A stretch of DNA of 64,000 nt from Epithemia pelagica (taxonomy: Eukaryota; Protista; Bacillariophyta): NCBI GenBank assembly GCA_946965045.2, contig OX337241.1, positions 682,001 through 746,000 of the forward strand, given 5' to 3'. Position numbers and translations under genes: made by a program. The stretch's first letter is position 1, and the number at the start of each line of letters is the position of its first letter. Shown here in pieces: positions 35,665 through 46,516 of this stretch. A model generated the notes under the pieces. The model was not told the DNA's origin. It made no database searches and worked only from the letters and a program-made list of their open reading frames with translations.

Positions 35665-38630
35665 TCAGCCTGCTACAGCTGATTGAGCTGTCGACGCAGT
35701 AACTTCCATCTCTAGAGAAGATTCGCTTGCTCCTCTTTCGTTGACCTTTTTGTTTCGTTTTTGCATTGCTCGCTGAAGCTCAGCACGGGCCGCTAGTTGC
35801 CGAATCTTGCGGTCGTACAAAACAGCGGCTCCCGGTGTTGCGCCCTGTTGCACAGTCAGTTGGCACAGTATTCCCATTGGTTGTCCAGCCTTGCGATGCA
35901 TGTGAATGCCTGCAAGACATTTCCCGCACTCTTGGAAGACACACTTGTTACCAAAGCCCAACTCTCCATGTTCACTGCGAGTTTTGCCACATTTAGAGCA
36001 AATTTTTCGAAAGCTCAATGATTTGGGCAGACCACAGGATCGCATCGTCTCTTCGTAGCTTCGGTTGACTGGTTGGCATGCAGTTTGTGGTTGGGACATC
36101 AACGGTGTTGTTTGGGGGTCAACGTTGTGGAAGGAAGAGGGTGCCCCGTAAAGAGCTGCATGTTGCGATTGCTTATGGTATGTATAGGACGTCAGAGGGC
36201 CTTTGGGAGGTGGTGGAGCCAGGTGTTGATAAGTGCTCGAGCTGTACATGGGAGCACCACCATGTGGGGCCGATGGAGCATAATACAAAGGTGGTGCTTC
36301 TGATGTAACTCTCTTGGGATCAAAATTCAATGTCCTCGCAGTCTCCGTTGGGGATGAACCTGAAACGAAATTGGTAGTATTTGTCGATCCTACAGGACTC
36401 GGATTTCGGCTTTCCAGAGTCATGGAAGACGCCATACGTTCTACCGATTCAGTTTGATTTGTTGCATGGATAATTTCTTTGTTCATTGGTTCAAGAGGCG
36501 TCGGACGAGGAGAAGGGGTCCTTCGTTTCTTGAAAGGGAGGCGGATATCGTTCTCGGTTCCGTTCTTTCGTTTGGGTTGTCGTTTTGGGGCTGAGGAATC
36601 TGCAGGTACTTCGCCGCCTGGAATTGAAGTATGTGTATTCTGCGCACAAGGCCGTTCTGTAGGTGTTCTTATTTCCTTTTCTTGTACCGAAACAGACCGT
36701 CCTGAATCAGAGGAGTGCTCCGTGACGTTATCAGATGGTGGAGTTCGATTGATACCTCCCACCAGCTCTGTCATTGCAACTGCAGCAATGATGGCAAGGG
36801 CATCGGCCCCGGATGGCTCAGACATGCTACTTGAAACTCCATCGGTATACTTGTTCAGACCAATAGTTGAATTTGGCTCGTACTCTGCCGTCTCCTTTCC
36901 CTCGTCGTCTTGTTCTTCCTTATTTTTGAGAGGGATTCTCGTTACTTCGCCTATGGTTAAGTCTTCTTGTTGACTTACTCTGCGAACTTGACGGCTCGAA
37001 ACAGGCTTCTTCGCATCAGGAGGCGGTGGACATCTCAATCCTGCCGTCGACAATTGACTCGAGTCATTGCGATTGTTGCTCGTAAAATTGTTTTGGTTCG
37101 TGTCTCTGTCGAGACTGGAAACAGAGGAGGATGACATGTCTTCTGTTTCCATCGTTCTGTCACCTGTCGTCGAAGACATGCTGACCTGACGAAGCGGTTG
37201 AACGCGGGAACGAGCACGAACAGGAGGAGGGATCGGCACGGCCAGTTGAGCAGACGCAGTCACGTCGGCGGACTGGGCAGTGGACAAGGAGACGGACGTG
37301 TCTGTTGTTTCCGATGTTGCCACGCTGCGGTCACTGCTGTTTCCGTTGGTGGCGTCGGGGAAGTTCTTGCAGTTGGTGCAACGGCAATGCAGCCCACAGT
37401 ACGTGCTGTTTTGAAAACAATCGCAATACTTTTTGAGACAAAAGCTTTTTCGGCACTTGCAGCCAGATTCCGATCCACGGTCGTTTTCGGACAACGATTC
37501 CGACCCCTTTGCTTTGTTCGTATCAGTTTGCAAAGGAGGACTTGATCTGGCAGGCAGGTGCATGGGGGTTGACTGGACCATGAAAGATGGTGGGTGAGAG
37601 GGCGGCGGTGGTGTTACAACTTTGGATGCAGAATACTGGTGGATCGGATGCGGTATGGAAGGAGATGACCGTGGCGGAGGGTATGACGAAGGCGGTGGGG
37701 TCATGTGTGATGAAAATTCTGGGCCACTGGTTGTACCGCTCCCCATTGGATGCCGAAATTGATAGGGAGAGGGTCCGGTGACGAGGCGACCATGACCTGG
37801 GAACTTTTCGTCAAACGCGGAGGGGTTGCGCTCCAATATTGTTTGGCGGGCCCTCTCAATCTCTTCTCCATGTTCTGTAGTATTTTGACAACCTTGGCAC
37901 TTGCAGCGTGGTCCACAGGTGGTTGATGATGCAAAACATTGGCAATACAGTTTCAAGCACCTGAAGTTTCGAAGAAACATTATACGTACATCAGATTCAT
38001 TTCTCATGAAGCTGTAGGGCAATGAATTCATCTCGCGACTTACCTAGATTTTTTGCAGGTGCACGCTCCTCCTCGAAATGTTTCAGGATGGGAAAACCGC
38101 TCTGGACTGATGCGCGAAGAACCTTCCCATGGCGAAGGCGGATAGTGATGAAATGGTGGAGGAGAATGGTAATGAGAAGGCATCCCACTGGTTTGGAGGT
38201 GGTGAGGATGATGAGAAGGAAGTGGATGATGGGGATGGTCAGAACCAGAGGACTGTTGAGCGTAAGGAGGAGGGGAACCAAAAGCCGGGGGATGGTGTGG
38301 ATAATGTTGGTAGGCTGAAGCCGGATGACTGGGATGGTGAGTCGGCGGCATTTGGTGATGCTGCGATGTCATGGCGTGGTGCGAAGCATGTGGAAGAGCG
38401 GCGTGGTGAGCCGCAACAGTCGCGCCATGATAATACGGATATGGGCCTGGTGGAGCACTGTACCCTCCTGTGGCAGCTGGCATGCCTGGAGGAGAAGCAT
38501 TGGGATTCGGAGATGCCCTGTCATGAACTGAATAGGAGCCATGAGGAACTGAAGACGCTGGATGTAACGGTGTTATCGCCGTCGCGTTAGGCGTTGCGGT
38601 TGTGGTGGAAGTTGTGGGATGTGGCATCAT
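35665..38630 (-). CDS. CRC-domain (tesmin/TSO1/LIN54-like) transcription factor, two exons (38630-38044, 37960-35665)
   Basis: An 83-bp GTAAGT..TTCAG intron splits CTCKKSR|CLKLYCQCF; second CXC motif CKCRKSFCLKKYCDCF. Confidence 0.9.
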
Positions 38631-40574
38631 ATATCTTGGCAGCAATGCTTGTTTACCACCTTTCAAAGATAATAGGTGTCACAAAGAAGTTGTCCTCTTA
38701 TTTTGTGTTGGAAATACTGGTGGTGATACACAAGTCTCTACCACCAAAAAGTTTTCCACAATAGCTTTGCGAACACGGCAGATAAAACCTTGATTCCTTT
38801 GTCCCTCGAGGGAAATGTCCAAACCAACGACGGCAATTTAAATAATCAAGTCAAGTATGTGCTCCCCGCACCTCTATCGAAAACCGATGGAAAAGATGTG
38901 GGAGTATGGGAACATAATCTCCAATAACCGATCAAGTTTCTATCAAGTGCCAACCGCTTTTTGTAACGAGCCAAAAATGTGACGAAAAAGGGCGGGCCCG
39001 GAAAATTGTTAGAGACGTGAACGGAGAGGATTTGGGTATATTAAAGTATAAATTCAGTAGAAGAGTTTGGGTTGCACGCTTCAGCCGACCTAAGTACCTT
39101 TTTGAGCTGAATTTTAAAATTTATGTAAATCAATTATGATCCTCATGACTGATTATGTTTGCAACAGGCAAACCATGGCCGAACTCTATCAGAAACGCCG
39201 GACCTGTCGCACGTATTTGATGAGGGCTATTCATCGGCATGCCTCCGACGACTCCGGTGCGCTGGAACCACAGAAATACTTAATCCAACGATGGTTCCCA
39301 CTTCGTTTGGAAATTAGAACTCCGCGCCTTCACATCCTGCGGTGCAGCTCTTCCATCCAACGGATCCAACAGAAATTTTTATTAGGTAGGTTGCGTAAGA
39401 TATTTCCGGCGTACCCTTCTAAGAGCTTAGAGCATTTCCTTTGGGTCCTTGGAGCACTGATGGAAGTTGTCCCGCCTGGGATTTGAAAAAGCCAAAAGAA
39501 ATAACGAGAACAAACACAAAATTTTCCCTTGTTTTGATACAAGAAGCCATGAATTTTAGGACAATGTAGTGTATCGTCTAAGTATTACTATTCTCTTTTA
39601 TTTATTCTTCTTCGTGGGAATAAAAGACGTTCGGCTGGGATTGCCGTTGTTTGTGCTTCCGATTTGCTTAGAATAAGTGCGCGCATGGCGTCGTGAAGGC
39701 TTTTCGCGTTCGCGCGGATCCCACAAAGTTGCAAGCCGATGAGAGAATTTTGAGTGTGTTTGGTTCCAAAACACATCCCAATTCCCAATGCTGTAGTGAC
39801 TGCATATAAAGTGACTTCGAGAAGCTTCCCATACTCCACAGTTTCAGGGAGTGAGATGATAAAGCGGCCGCCTGGACCTTGACCTCCTTGATATCTTTTG
39901 CTAATCCCACCCTCATTGGGAGAAAACCTCTGGGATCAAACAGGGGGTGAGCGAATTGCCTTCGAGACTTGAAAGGGTCCGTGCCACTTACGAGAATCAT
40001 TTTAGAACTTTGGAGAACGCTGAACGTCGATGCGTTGCTGTCGTTGGTTCCTACAGCTTTGGAGGGTTAAACTTTTACAACCAACCGTAGCCTCATTCCA
40101 ACCAAAACTTCTCTCGCAACATCTTGAGGCAGTAGTCCATGACTGTAGATCTCGAGCATCAAGTCCTGGGGATCAGATATGGGTCCAAATGCCTAGCCTG
40201 GGTGCACTTGGCTAAGAAAAATCGTCTACAGTCCTTTGTTTCGACATGTTCGCTGTCGTTAGTTTCTCGCATGTCGTCCTTCATGATGATTCCTAGCAGC
40301 TCGCGGACGACGTCCCCCACTGCCTGTCAGTCTTCCATGAGCGTTTCCAAAGAAGTGGGAGCTGGACACACTCAACTCAAACTCAACCAGTGCTGAATTC
40401 TCCAGATAGAAGTATAAGACGACACAACAGTCTGTAGGGATGAAAAAAGGACGAGTCAGTCGTCTATTTCAGCTGGCACCGCAAGTATGGAGAAGGCCAG
40501 ACGGGTGGTCCAGTCGCGCGATTTTGCGCTCTGCAGTTGCGTCAGGTGTCTAATCCTCGCGTGATGTCAAGATT

Positions 40575-41669
40575 ATGCGGCAACCGAGAACCGAGACTCC
40601 AACCGATCAAATACAATGTATATCATCGTCAAGGGCCACCATGAGATCAGAGAGATACACCAAGAAGATCGAACGTGTACATTCAAGATGGAACTTTTCT
40701 TTTTTGGTGAAACTGGCTGTTAGCAAGTTGTCATTTGTGTCCTTTACACTCCCTACTGATGCCATTCGATGTCAACAAACTCCACTTGTTAACTCTCATC
40801 TATCTCCCAACTGGTTGGATCTTCAAGAAAATTCCAGGAGACGTTCTCGGATGGGTCATTACGCTTCTTCATCTCCAATATCGTTTGTCCGCCATCTTGA
40901 TCTTACCTTGACACTACGTGGAGGGGACGACACGCAGAACAGCGGCAACGCCACCGGCACTTCACCATCTTCAAGAGTCGCAGTCCCCAAGAAACATGAT
41001 TATTTTGTCTTGAGACACGGGCAGTCCCTCGCCAATGTGGCCGGAATCATTGCATCCAATCCAGATGTGGCCTGTGTCAAGTACGGTCTGAGTGAAGTCG
41101 GTATCGAACAAGCGAAGAACGCTGGGAAAACTGTCATGTCTACGTACTTACGGAACAAACACAAGTACAAGGGATTGTTGATTGTCTCGTCCGACTTTTT
41201 ACGAGCCAAGGAAACTGCGGAAAGCGTGTTGGCAGCGGTTCAGGAGCACAATGATAACCATTCGGACAAGACGGACCAAATCATTCCCGTGTTGGAGAAT
41301 CGTGTCATGTATGAGCCTTGGCTACGAGAACGCTGGTTCGGTGATTGGGATGGAAGCAGCGATGCCAACTATGCCAAGGTATGGGCCAACGATGAGGGGT
41401 CACTCGATTCAAACGAGTCGATAGAGAACGACCAAAACGTAGAGACGGTAGTGTCGGTTCGAGATCGCGTGTTGCAAGGATTGAGAGAATATGAACAGCG
41501 TTTGGACGAAGACAATGATGATGGGGCGCAGTATATGGTGATTTGTGTGGCTCATGGAGATGTCTTGCAGATTCTTCAAACCGCCTATGCAAACCTGGAA
41601 CCTCATGTACACCGATCGTTGCCGCACTTGGAAACAGCTACGCTGAGAGCAGTACAAGAACAATTGTAG
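40575..41669 (+). CDS. Histidine phosphatase superfamily (PGM-like) protein
   Basis: LRHGQS, SSDFLRAKETA, LRERWFG, VAHGD motifs; start uncertain. Confidence 0.9.
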   Translation: MRQPRTETPTDQIQCISSSRATMRSERYTKKIERVHSRWNFSFLVKLAVSKLSFVSFTLPTDAIRCQQTPLVNSHLSPNWLDLQENSRRRSRMGHYASSSPISFVRHLDLTLTLRGGDDTQNSGNATGTSPSSRVAVPKKHDYFVLRHGQSLANVAGIIASNPDVACVKYGLSEVGIEQAKNAGKTVMSTYLRNKHKYKGLLIVSSDFLRAKETAESVLAAVQEHNDNHSDKTDQIIPVLENRVMYEPWLRERWFGDWDGSSDANYAKVWANDEGSLDSNESIENDQNVETVVSVRDRVLQGLREYEQRLDEDNDDGAQYMVICVAHGDVLQILQTAYANLEPHVHRSLPHLETATLRAVQEQL

Positions 41670-41748
41670 CGTAAAAATGAAACCTTTGTGATATTTATTG
41701 AAATAGGGCCTAGAAAACACAACACATCCACTCTGCCGGTGAGACTTT

Positions 41749-42576
41749 TCATGGACTTCGGTCAACTTCCTGAAACAGCTGGGCAATCTGTCGGTAAACG
41801 TTTTCAACGGGTTGATCTGAGGGGATACGTTGCAGCAAATGTTTGTTTTCCTGTTTGGCCGCACTGCTGTAGAATTCAATAATGGGCTCCGTCTCTTGCC
41901 GAAAAGTGTTGAAACGCTTACGAATAATGTCCAAATTCGCATCGTCCACTCGCCCCGAATCTTTTCCACGTTCCAGCAATCTTCCAGTCAGTACTTCTTC
42001 TGGGCATTCCAAACTCAAGACGAATTCAACTTGAACCACACAATTTAGGGAAGGATATTTTGGGTCTTGCTCTTGACCAGTGCTGATGGGAACATAATTT
42101 GTCATTTGATTCCAGGCATCCAAATTGCCCTTGGATCGTGGAAACCCATCAATCAGAAATCTGGTTGGTGAAAGTGCGCTCTTGTTCTGACCCTTTTCAA
42201 AATGACTCATCATTGCATTGAGGATCAATTGACAAGTTACTTCGGATGGGACCAATTCTCCGGCGGCCAAACGCGCGTTGATCAAATCTCCCAAATCACC
42301 ACCCTTTTTCCGTTCGGCTCGCAGCAAATCCCCAGCACTCAAATGCTTCCATCCCAATCGCTCTTCTAACAAGTGACACTGTGTCCCTTTCCCGGCCCCT
42401 GGTCCGCCCAATACAAATACTACCTGAAAAACGGGAGACGACGTGCCGTCTGTCGTCACAGTTTTTGTTTTGTCCTTTGCATCCGCTTCCTTCTTTTTTC
42501 TCCGTTGTTGATGGGTTACAATGTAGGCCGTGGCCATAAACACAGCAACCGAGAAAGGACAGACGCGCAGTCGCAT
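41749..42576 (-). CDS. CMPK1: UMP-CMP kinase (adenylate kinase family)
   Basis: VFVLGGPGAGKGTQC P-loop, HLSAGDLLRAE, LIDGFPR, short LID region GRVDD. Confidence 0.9.
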   Translation of the reverse strand: MRLRVCPFSVAVFMATAYIVTHQQRRKKKEADAKDKTKTVTTDGTSSPVFQVVFVLGGPGAGKGTQCHLLEERLGWKHLSAGDLLRAERKKGGDLGDLINARLAAGELVPSEVTCQLILNAMMSHFEKGQNKSALSPTRFLIDGFPRSKGNLDAWNQMTNYVPISTGQEQDPKYPSLNCVVQVEFVLSLECPEEVLTGRLLERGKDSGRVDDANLDIIRKRFNTFRQETEPIIEFYSSAAKQENKHLLQRIPSDQPVENVYRQIAQLFQEVDRSP

Positions 42577-42904
42577 GACTTCAAATCGTTGTTCCTGTAT
42601 GATGTTAGCTACTCACAAAGAATCAACGCATCAAGCACGAGACCGCTGCTTTTGCATCATTGTCGCCGATTTCAGAGACCGGAATTTATTTTAGTCGTCT
42701 ATGGAACGCTGATAATGACGTGCATGTGACTCTTCCGCGACCTTTCATAGAAATGCGAGACGGCGAGCCAGGCCGGGCAGGACGCTGGCCTGGTCGCAGC
42801 AGCTGCAGAGTCTCATCTCAAGATCCAAAAGTCGTCTTCACAAGACTGGAAATGCAATCCACTGCCGCTCTAGGACGACATCCGGCCACAATGGCAACCA
42901 AAGT

Positions 42905-43315
42905 GCAAGTCCTGTAGACAGTCAACAATATTGTTGGTCGACCGTAACAGTCAGCGACGAAAATGAACCGTACGACAAGACCATGTATTCCCAAGAGTTG
43001 ACACGATCACCGTGAAACAAATCTACCGTCCTCACAATTCCAACTCATCGGAAAGCAACTGAAGCATCAATCCCCAAAGATATCGCGGTCACAAACCTTC
43101 ATTTGTTTTCTCAGTTACTTCGGCTTTCATTATCGGTTCGACATTATGTTTAAGAAGAACATCTTCGCCTTCACCACTTCGGTGCTTTTCATCATGTCCT
43201 CTGTCCAGGGAGATTCTATGAATGACGAGTCTCCCGCTGGATCCCCCCGTCGATTTTTGGCTCCTTCCAACATTAAACCAAGACGCCGCCTTAGCATGAG
43301 CAAGAGCAGCAAGAG
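42905..43315 (+). repeat. Near-identical promoter plus leader cassette, copy 1
   Basis: Matches 45182-45598. Confidence 0.92.
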
Positions 43316-43964
43316 TGGTAAGGGTTCTGGTTCTGGTTCTGCAGACCCCACTGGTGGCTTCGCCCAAGCCACCAACGACCCCGACTTCACCCAAGTTGCG
43401 ACTTCTACTTGCGATAATCGGGCTGGGGTCATTTACCAGAGGTATGTGAGCGGTACCATTGGGAGCGTGTCGATGGGTAATTTTGCAGAAAGTGAGATCG
43501 ACCGCAATCTAGCAATGTCAAAGGGAGCTGCATTGTGCACGGAAGGCCAATGTGCGGGACCTGTTGTGTTACAGATTTGTGGTACAGGACCAACGACGGG
43601 GGGAAACACGGACAATAAGGATGAAAAAGTCGAATTTACAGTGTCCGGTTTTAAAACAGACACGTACGTTTTTGGCAGTGGAGCAGAAGCTACCACACAA
43701 CGAACTCCAGGGATTGAGTACTTTTGTCCAAAAATTGATACCGAAGCTACACTCGTACTTGCTGATTCCTCGTGTTCATGCACTGGAACTGGAACTGGTG
43801 AATGCTTTCTTGGCACCACCCTTATCAATGATTCTGAGCCCGAATCTGTTACTGTTCCTGCAACTGGAGGCGTTGCCGGTGGTGGATCATTTATTGAAGT
43901 AATCCCCAACCTGGACGGATGTGCAACAGGTTTCACGGCAACCATCGCCATTGAATGTGATTGA
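43146..43964 (+). CDS. Secreted protein, paralog 1 (signal peptide, RRL, KSSK/KSGK, Cys-containing domain)
   Basis: MFKKNIFAFTTSVLFIMSSVQG then ...PRRRLSMSKSSKSGKG; clear homolog of 45420-46220. Confidence 0.85.
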   Translation: MFKKNIFAFTTSVLFIMSSVQGDSMNDESPAGSPRRFLAPSNIKPRRRLSMSKSSKSGKGSGSGSADPTGGFAQATNDPDFTQVATSTCDNRAGVIYQRYVSGTIGSVSMGNFAESEIDRNLAMSKGAALCTEGQCAGPVVLQICGTGPTTGGNTDNKDEKVEFTVSGFKTDTYVFGSGAEATTQRTPGIEYFCPKIDTEATLVLADSSCSCTGTGTGECFLGTTLINDSEPESVTVPATGGVAGGGSFIEVIPNLDGCATGFTATIAIECD

Positions 43965-45181
43965 GTTATCAAGACCGTGGTGGATGCATGGCAATTTTTC
44001 AGACGCAAACTTGTGAAGGACAAGTAGTAGTGAAACACCACGGTGGGAGTTTGAAAAGGGCTACTGTGATAAATGTGGAGTAAGATTGAATGATATGTAG
44101 CCTTGGAATTATCTATAAAACGACCTTATTCATGAATCAGGGTAGTGTGGAGACTGTTTGGGAACATTTCGCATGGTCGACCGTTGACAAACTTATGGGT
44201 GTTTGTAACCAACAGACAACACGATGATGATTTGTCTAGGAGAATACACCGCACGAGACGAGACCGTCAGTATTGCCAAATGGAGGTCTTCCCAAGCTAC
44301 TCCTATGTCCTGAGTGTCGACCAGGCGTTTGGAGGCCAGAGCCTCTATGTATGGACTGGGTACAAACGTATTCATACTATCCTTTCGTTGTCCCCCATTG
44401 ATTTTGCTTCATTGGTCGTGCATTTCTCAAGACATTGAACTTTTGCCTGCCATACCCAATGCTCATGCTCAAGTCGTTCCATAGACAGACGTAAGGGTGG
44501 GAGTAGTTAGAGGGTATGCCCACTACTACAATAATGTCATTGGATTAGTTTTGTCTCTAGTGGAATCTCCGTTACGAATCCTTCCTTTCTCCTCTCTGTT
44601 CTCCCTCCCTCCCCGTGGCGTCCGGACGTCCGCGAACGTCTTTTCTGTGCCAAGCTCACAACTGAACCTTCTCTTCCGGTCGATTTGTCTGCCATCTAGA
44701 TAGGTACCTACTCCTAGACTAGAAAGAAGAGAAGGTGGAGAAAGTGTTGTATTGTTCCTATTGTAGTAGGAGTTAGGAGTACTTACCCCCTTACCCTTAG
44801 GAGTACCTATCTACTACCCCTCTTACCCTTGCCTCTATTCCGGTGGATGTACTCCTAGAGGTACTAAGGTAGCTATGGAAGTATAGGAGGCGGTAGGAAG
44901 TTACCATTACGTCAGACACGTTATGAATGACGTCATTGATGTATCTGGGATTGTCGCCACGGAAAGAAAAAATCTCACTCGCCTGTGGGGTGGGTGGGGC
45001 GTGGGGACGCAAAGAGATTTTTGGGTCATGTGAAACGACAAAGACGACAAACGACAAATCCTATCCACTTTATTCAATATGGCGACTGTGCAAGAGTCGC
45101 CCTCACTTTACGAAATAAAAAGATCAAGACACGAACGAACCATGGAAGAGGCTAGCTCACGATCGTATATTTTGCCACAGA

Positions 45182-45598
45182 GCAAGGCCTGTAGACAGTC
45201 AACAATATTGGTCCACCCTATCAGTTAACGACGAAAATGAACCGTACGACAAGACCATCCATTCCCAAGAGTTGATACGATCACTGTGAAACAAATCTAC
45301 CGTCCTCACAATTCCAACTCATCGGAAAGCAACTGAAGCATCAATCCCCAAAGATATCGCGGTCACAAACCTTCATTTGTTTTCTCAGTTACTTCGGCTT
45401 TCATTATCGGTTCGACATTATGTTTCAGAAGAACATCTTCGCCTTCACCACTTTGGTGCTTTTCATCATGTCATCTGTCCAGGGAGATTCTATGAATGAC
45501 GAGTCTCCCGCTGGATCCCCCCGTCGATTTTTGGCTCCTTCCAACATTAAACCAAGACGCCGCCTTAGCATGAGCATGAGCAGCAAGAGCAGCAAGAG
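45182..45598 (+). repeat. Near-identical promoter plus leader cassette, copy 2
   Basis: Matches 42905-43315. Confidence 0.92.
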
Positions 45599-46220
45599 GA
45601 CCGGTGGCAGCCAGGATGAAGATGAAGATTTTGGCCAGTCAATCACCCCGGGTGGCAACCCTTCCGCTATCGCCTATCCATTTATCTATTCGAGCCACTA
45701 TTCCTACAATGCAATTGGCGAGAAGCCCGACGATGGGTCTACCTCAGAAAGCAGAATTGTTGCGCAGGCGCAGAATTCAATAGGTTTTGCGACCTGTGTG
45801 GCGGGTGCCCAATGCGTGGGAGCTATCACAGTAGCACTGGCAGGAACAGGAGCAACGACGGGAAACTCAAACAATAGGGATGATACTATTGAAGTTGGTG
45901 CGTCTGGGCTAGTCCAAGATGCCTACGTTAGGACCAATGGCGACCAAGAGACCACAAAACGAACACCGGGATTTAAATTCTGGTGCTCGAAAACAGAAAC
46001 CCCCCCAATTTTCGACGCCAGCAAATCTTCGTGCACATGTACCGGAGATGGAGATTGTTCTGTCACGGATGACGAAGTTACCTCATCTACACCGACCGCT
46101 GTTGCTCCTGCTACAGGAGGCGTATTTGCAGGCGGTTCTACCATCGAAATTATTCCTGACGTGGTAACGGACGCATGTACCGAAGGCTTCGTGCTCCATC
46201 TGGTCATTTATTGTGATTAA
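45420..46220 (+). CDS. Secreted protein, paralog 2
   Basis: Same leader as paralog 1; shared blocks RTPG..CxK, SSCxCTG, PATGGV..GGS.IE.IP and C-terminal CD. Confidence 0.85.
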   Translation: MFQKNIFAFTTLVLFIMSSVQGDSMNDESPAGSPRRFLAPSNIKPRRRLSMSMSSKSSKRTGGSQDEDEDFGQSITPGGNPSAIAYPFIYSSHYSYNAIGEKPDDGSTSESRIVAQAQNSIGFATCVAGAQCVGAITVALAGTGATTGNSNNRDDTIEVGASGLVQDAYVRTNGDQETTKRTPGFKFWCSKTETPPIFDASKSSCTCTGDGDCSVTDDEVTSSTPTAVAPATGGVFAGGSTIEIIPDVVTDACTEGFVLHLVIYCD

Positions 46221-46516
46221 GGAACATATCCGTTGCAATGGACTCGTTCAAGGGTATGGTGGGGTGCAAGCTCATGGAAGAACATTTTTATAGTTGAGTT
46301 GAGAAGGAACTACTCACGAGGAAGTATACAGGGGGCTGCTGTTTTGGTCGATCGTGTTTGTGAAGTGATTTATGCAGTCATGTAACTATCTATAATACAA
46401 TGAAGTTTATTAGAAGTATTGTTGGCTGTCACCTCCATTCACCGATGATGCCATCAGATGTCGTGATATGCTGCAAAAGGGACAAACTTAAATTTTCTCT
46501 TTACCAACCACAATAA

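Noticed and set aside
39136-40400. Cluster of short ORFs, possibly a decayed gene or TE
   Set aside because: Stops in all frames; no motif, TIR or TSD found.
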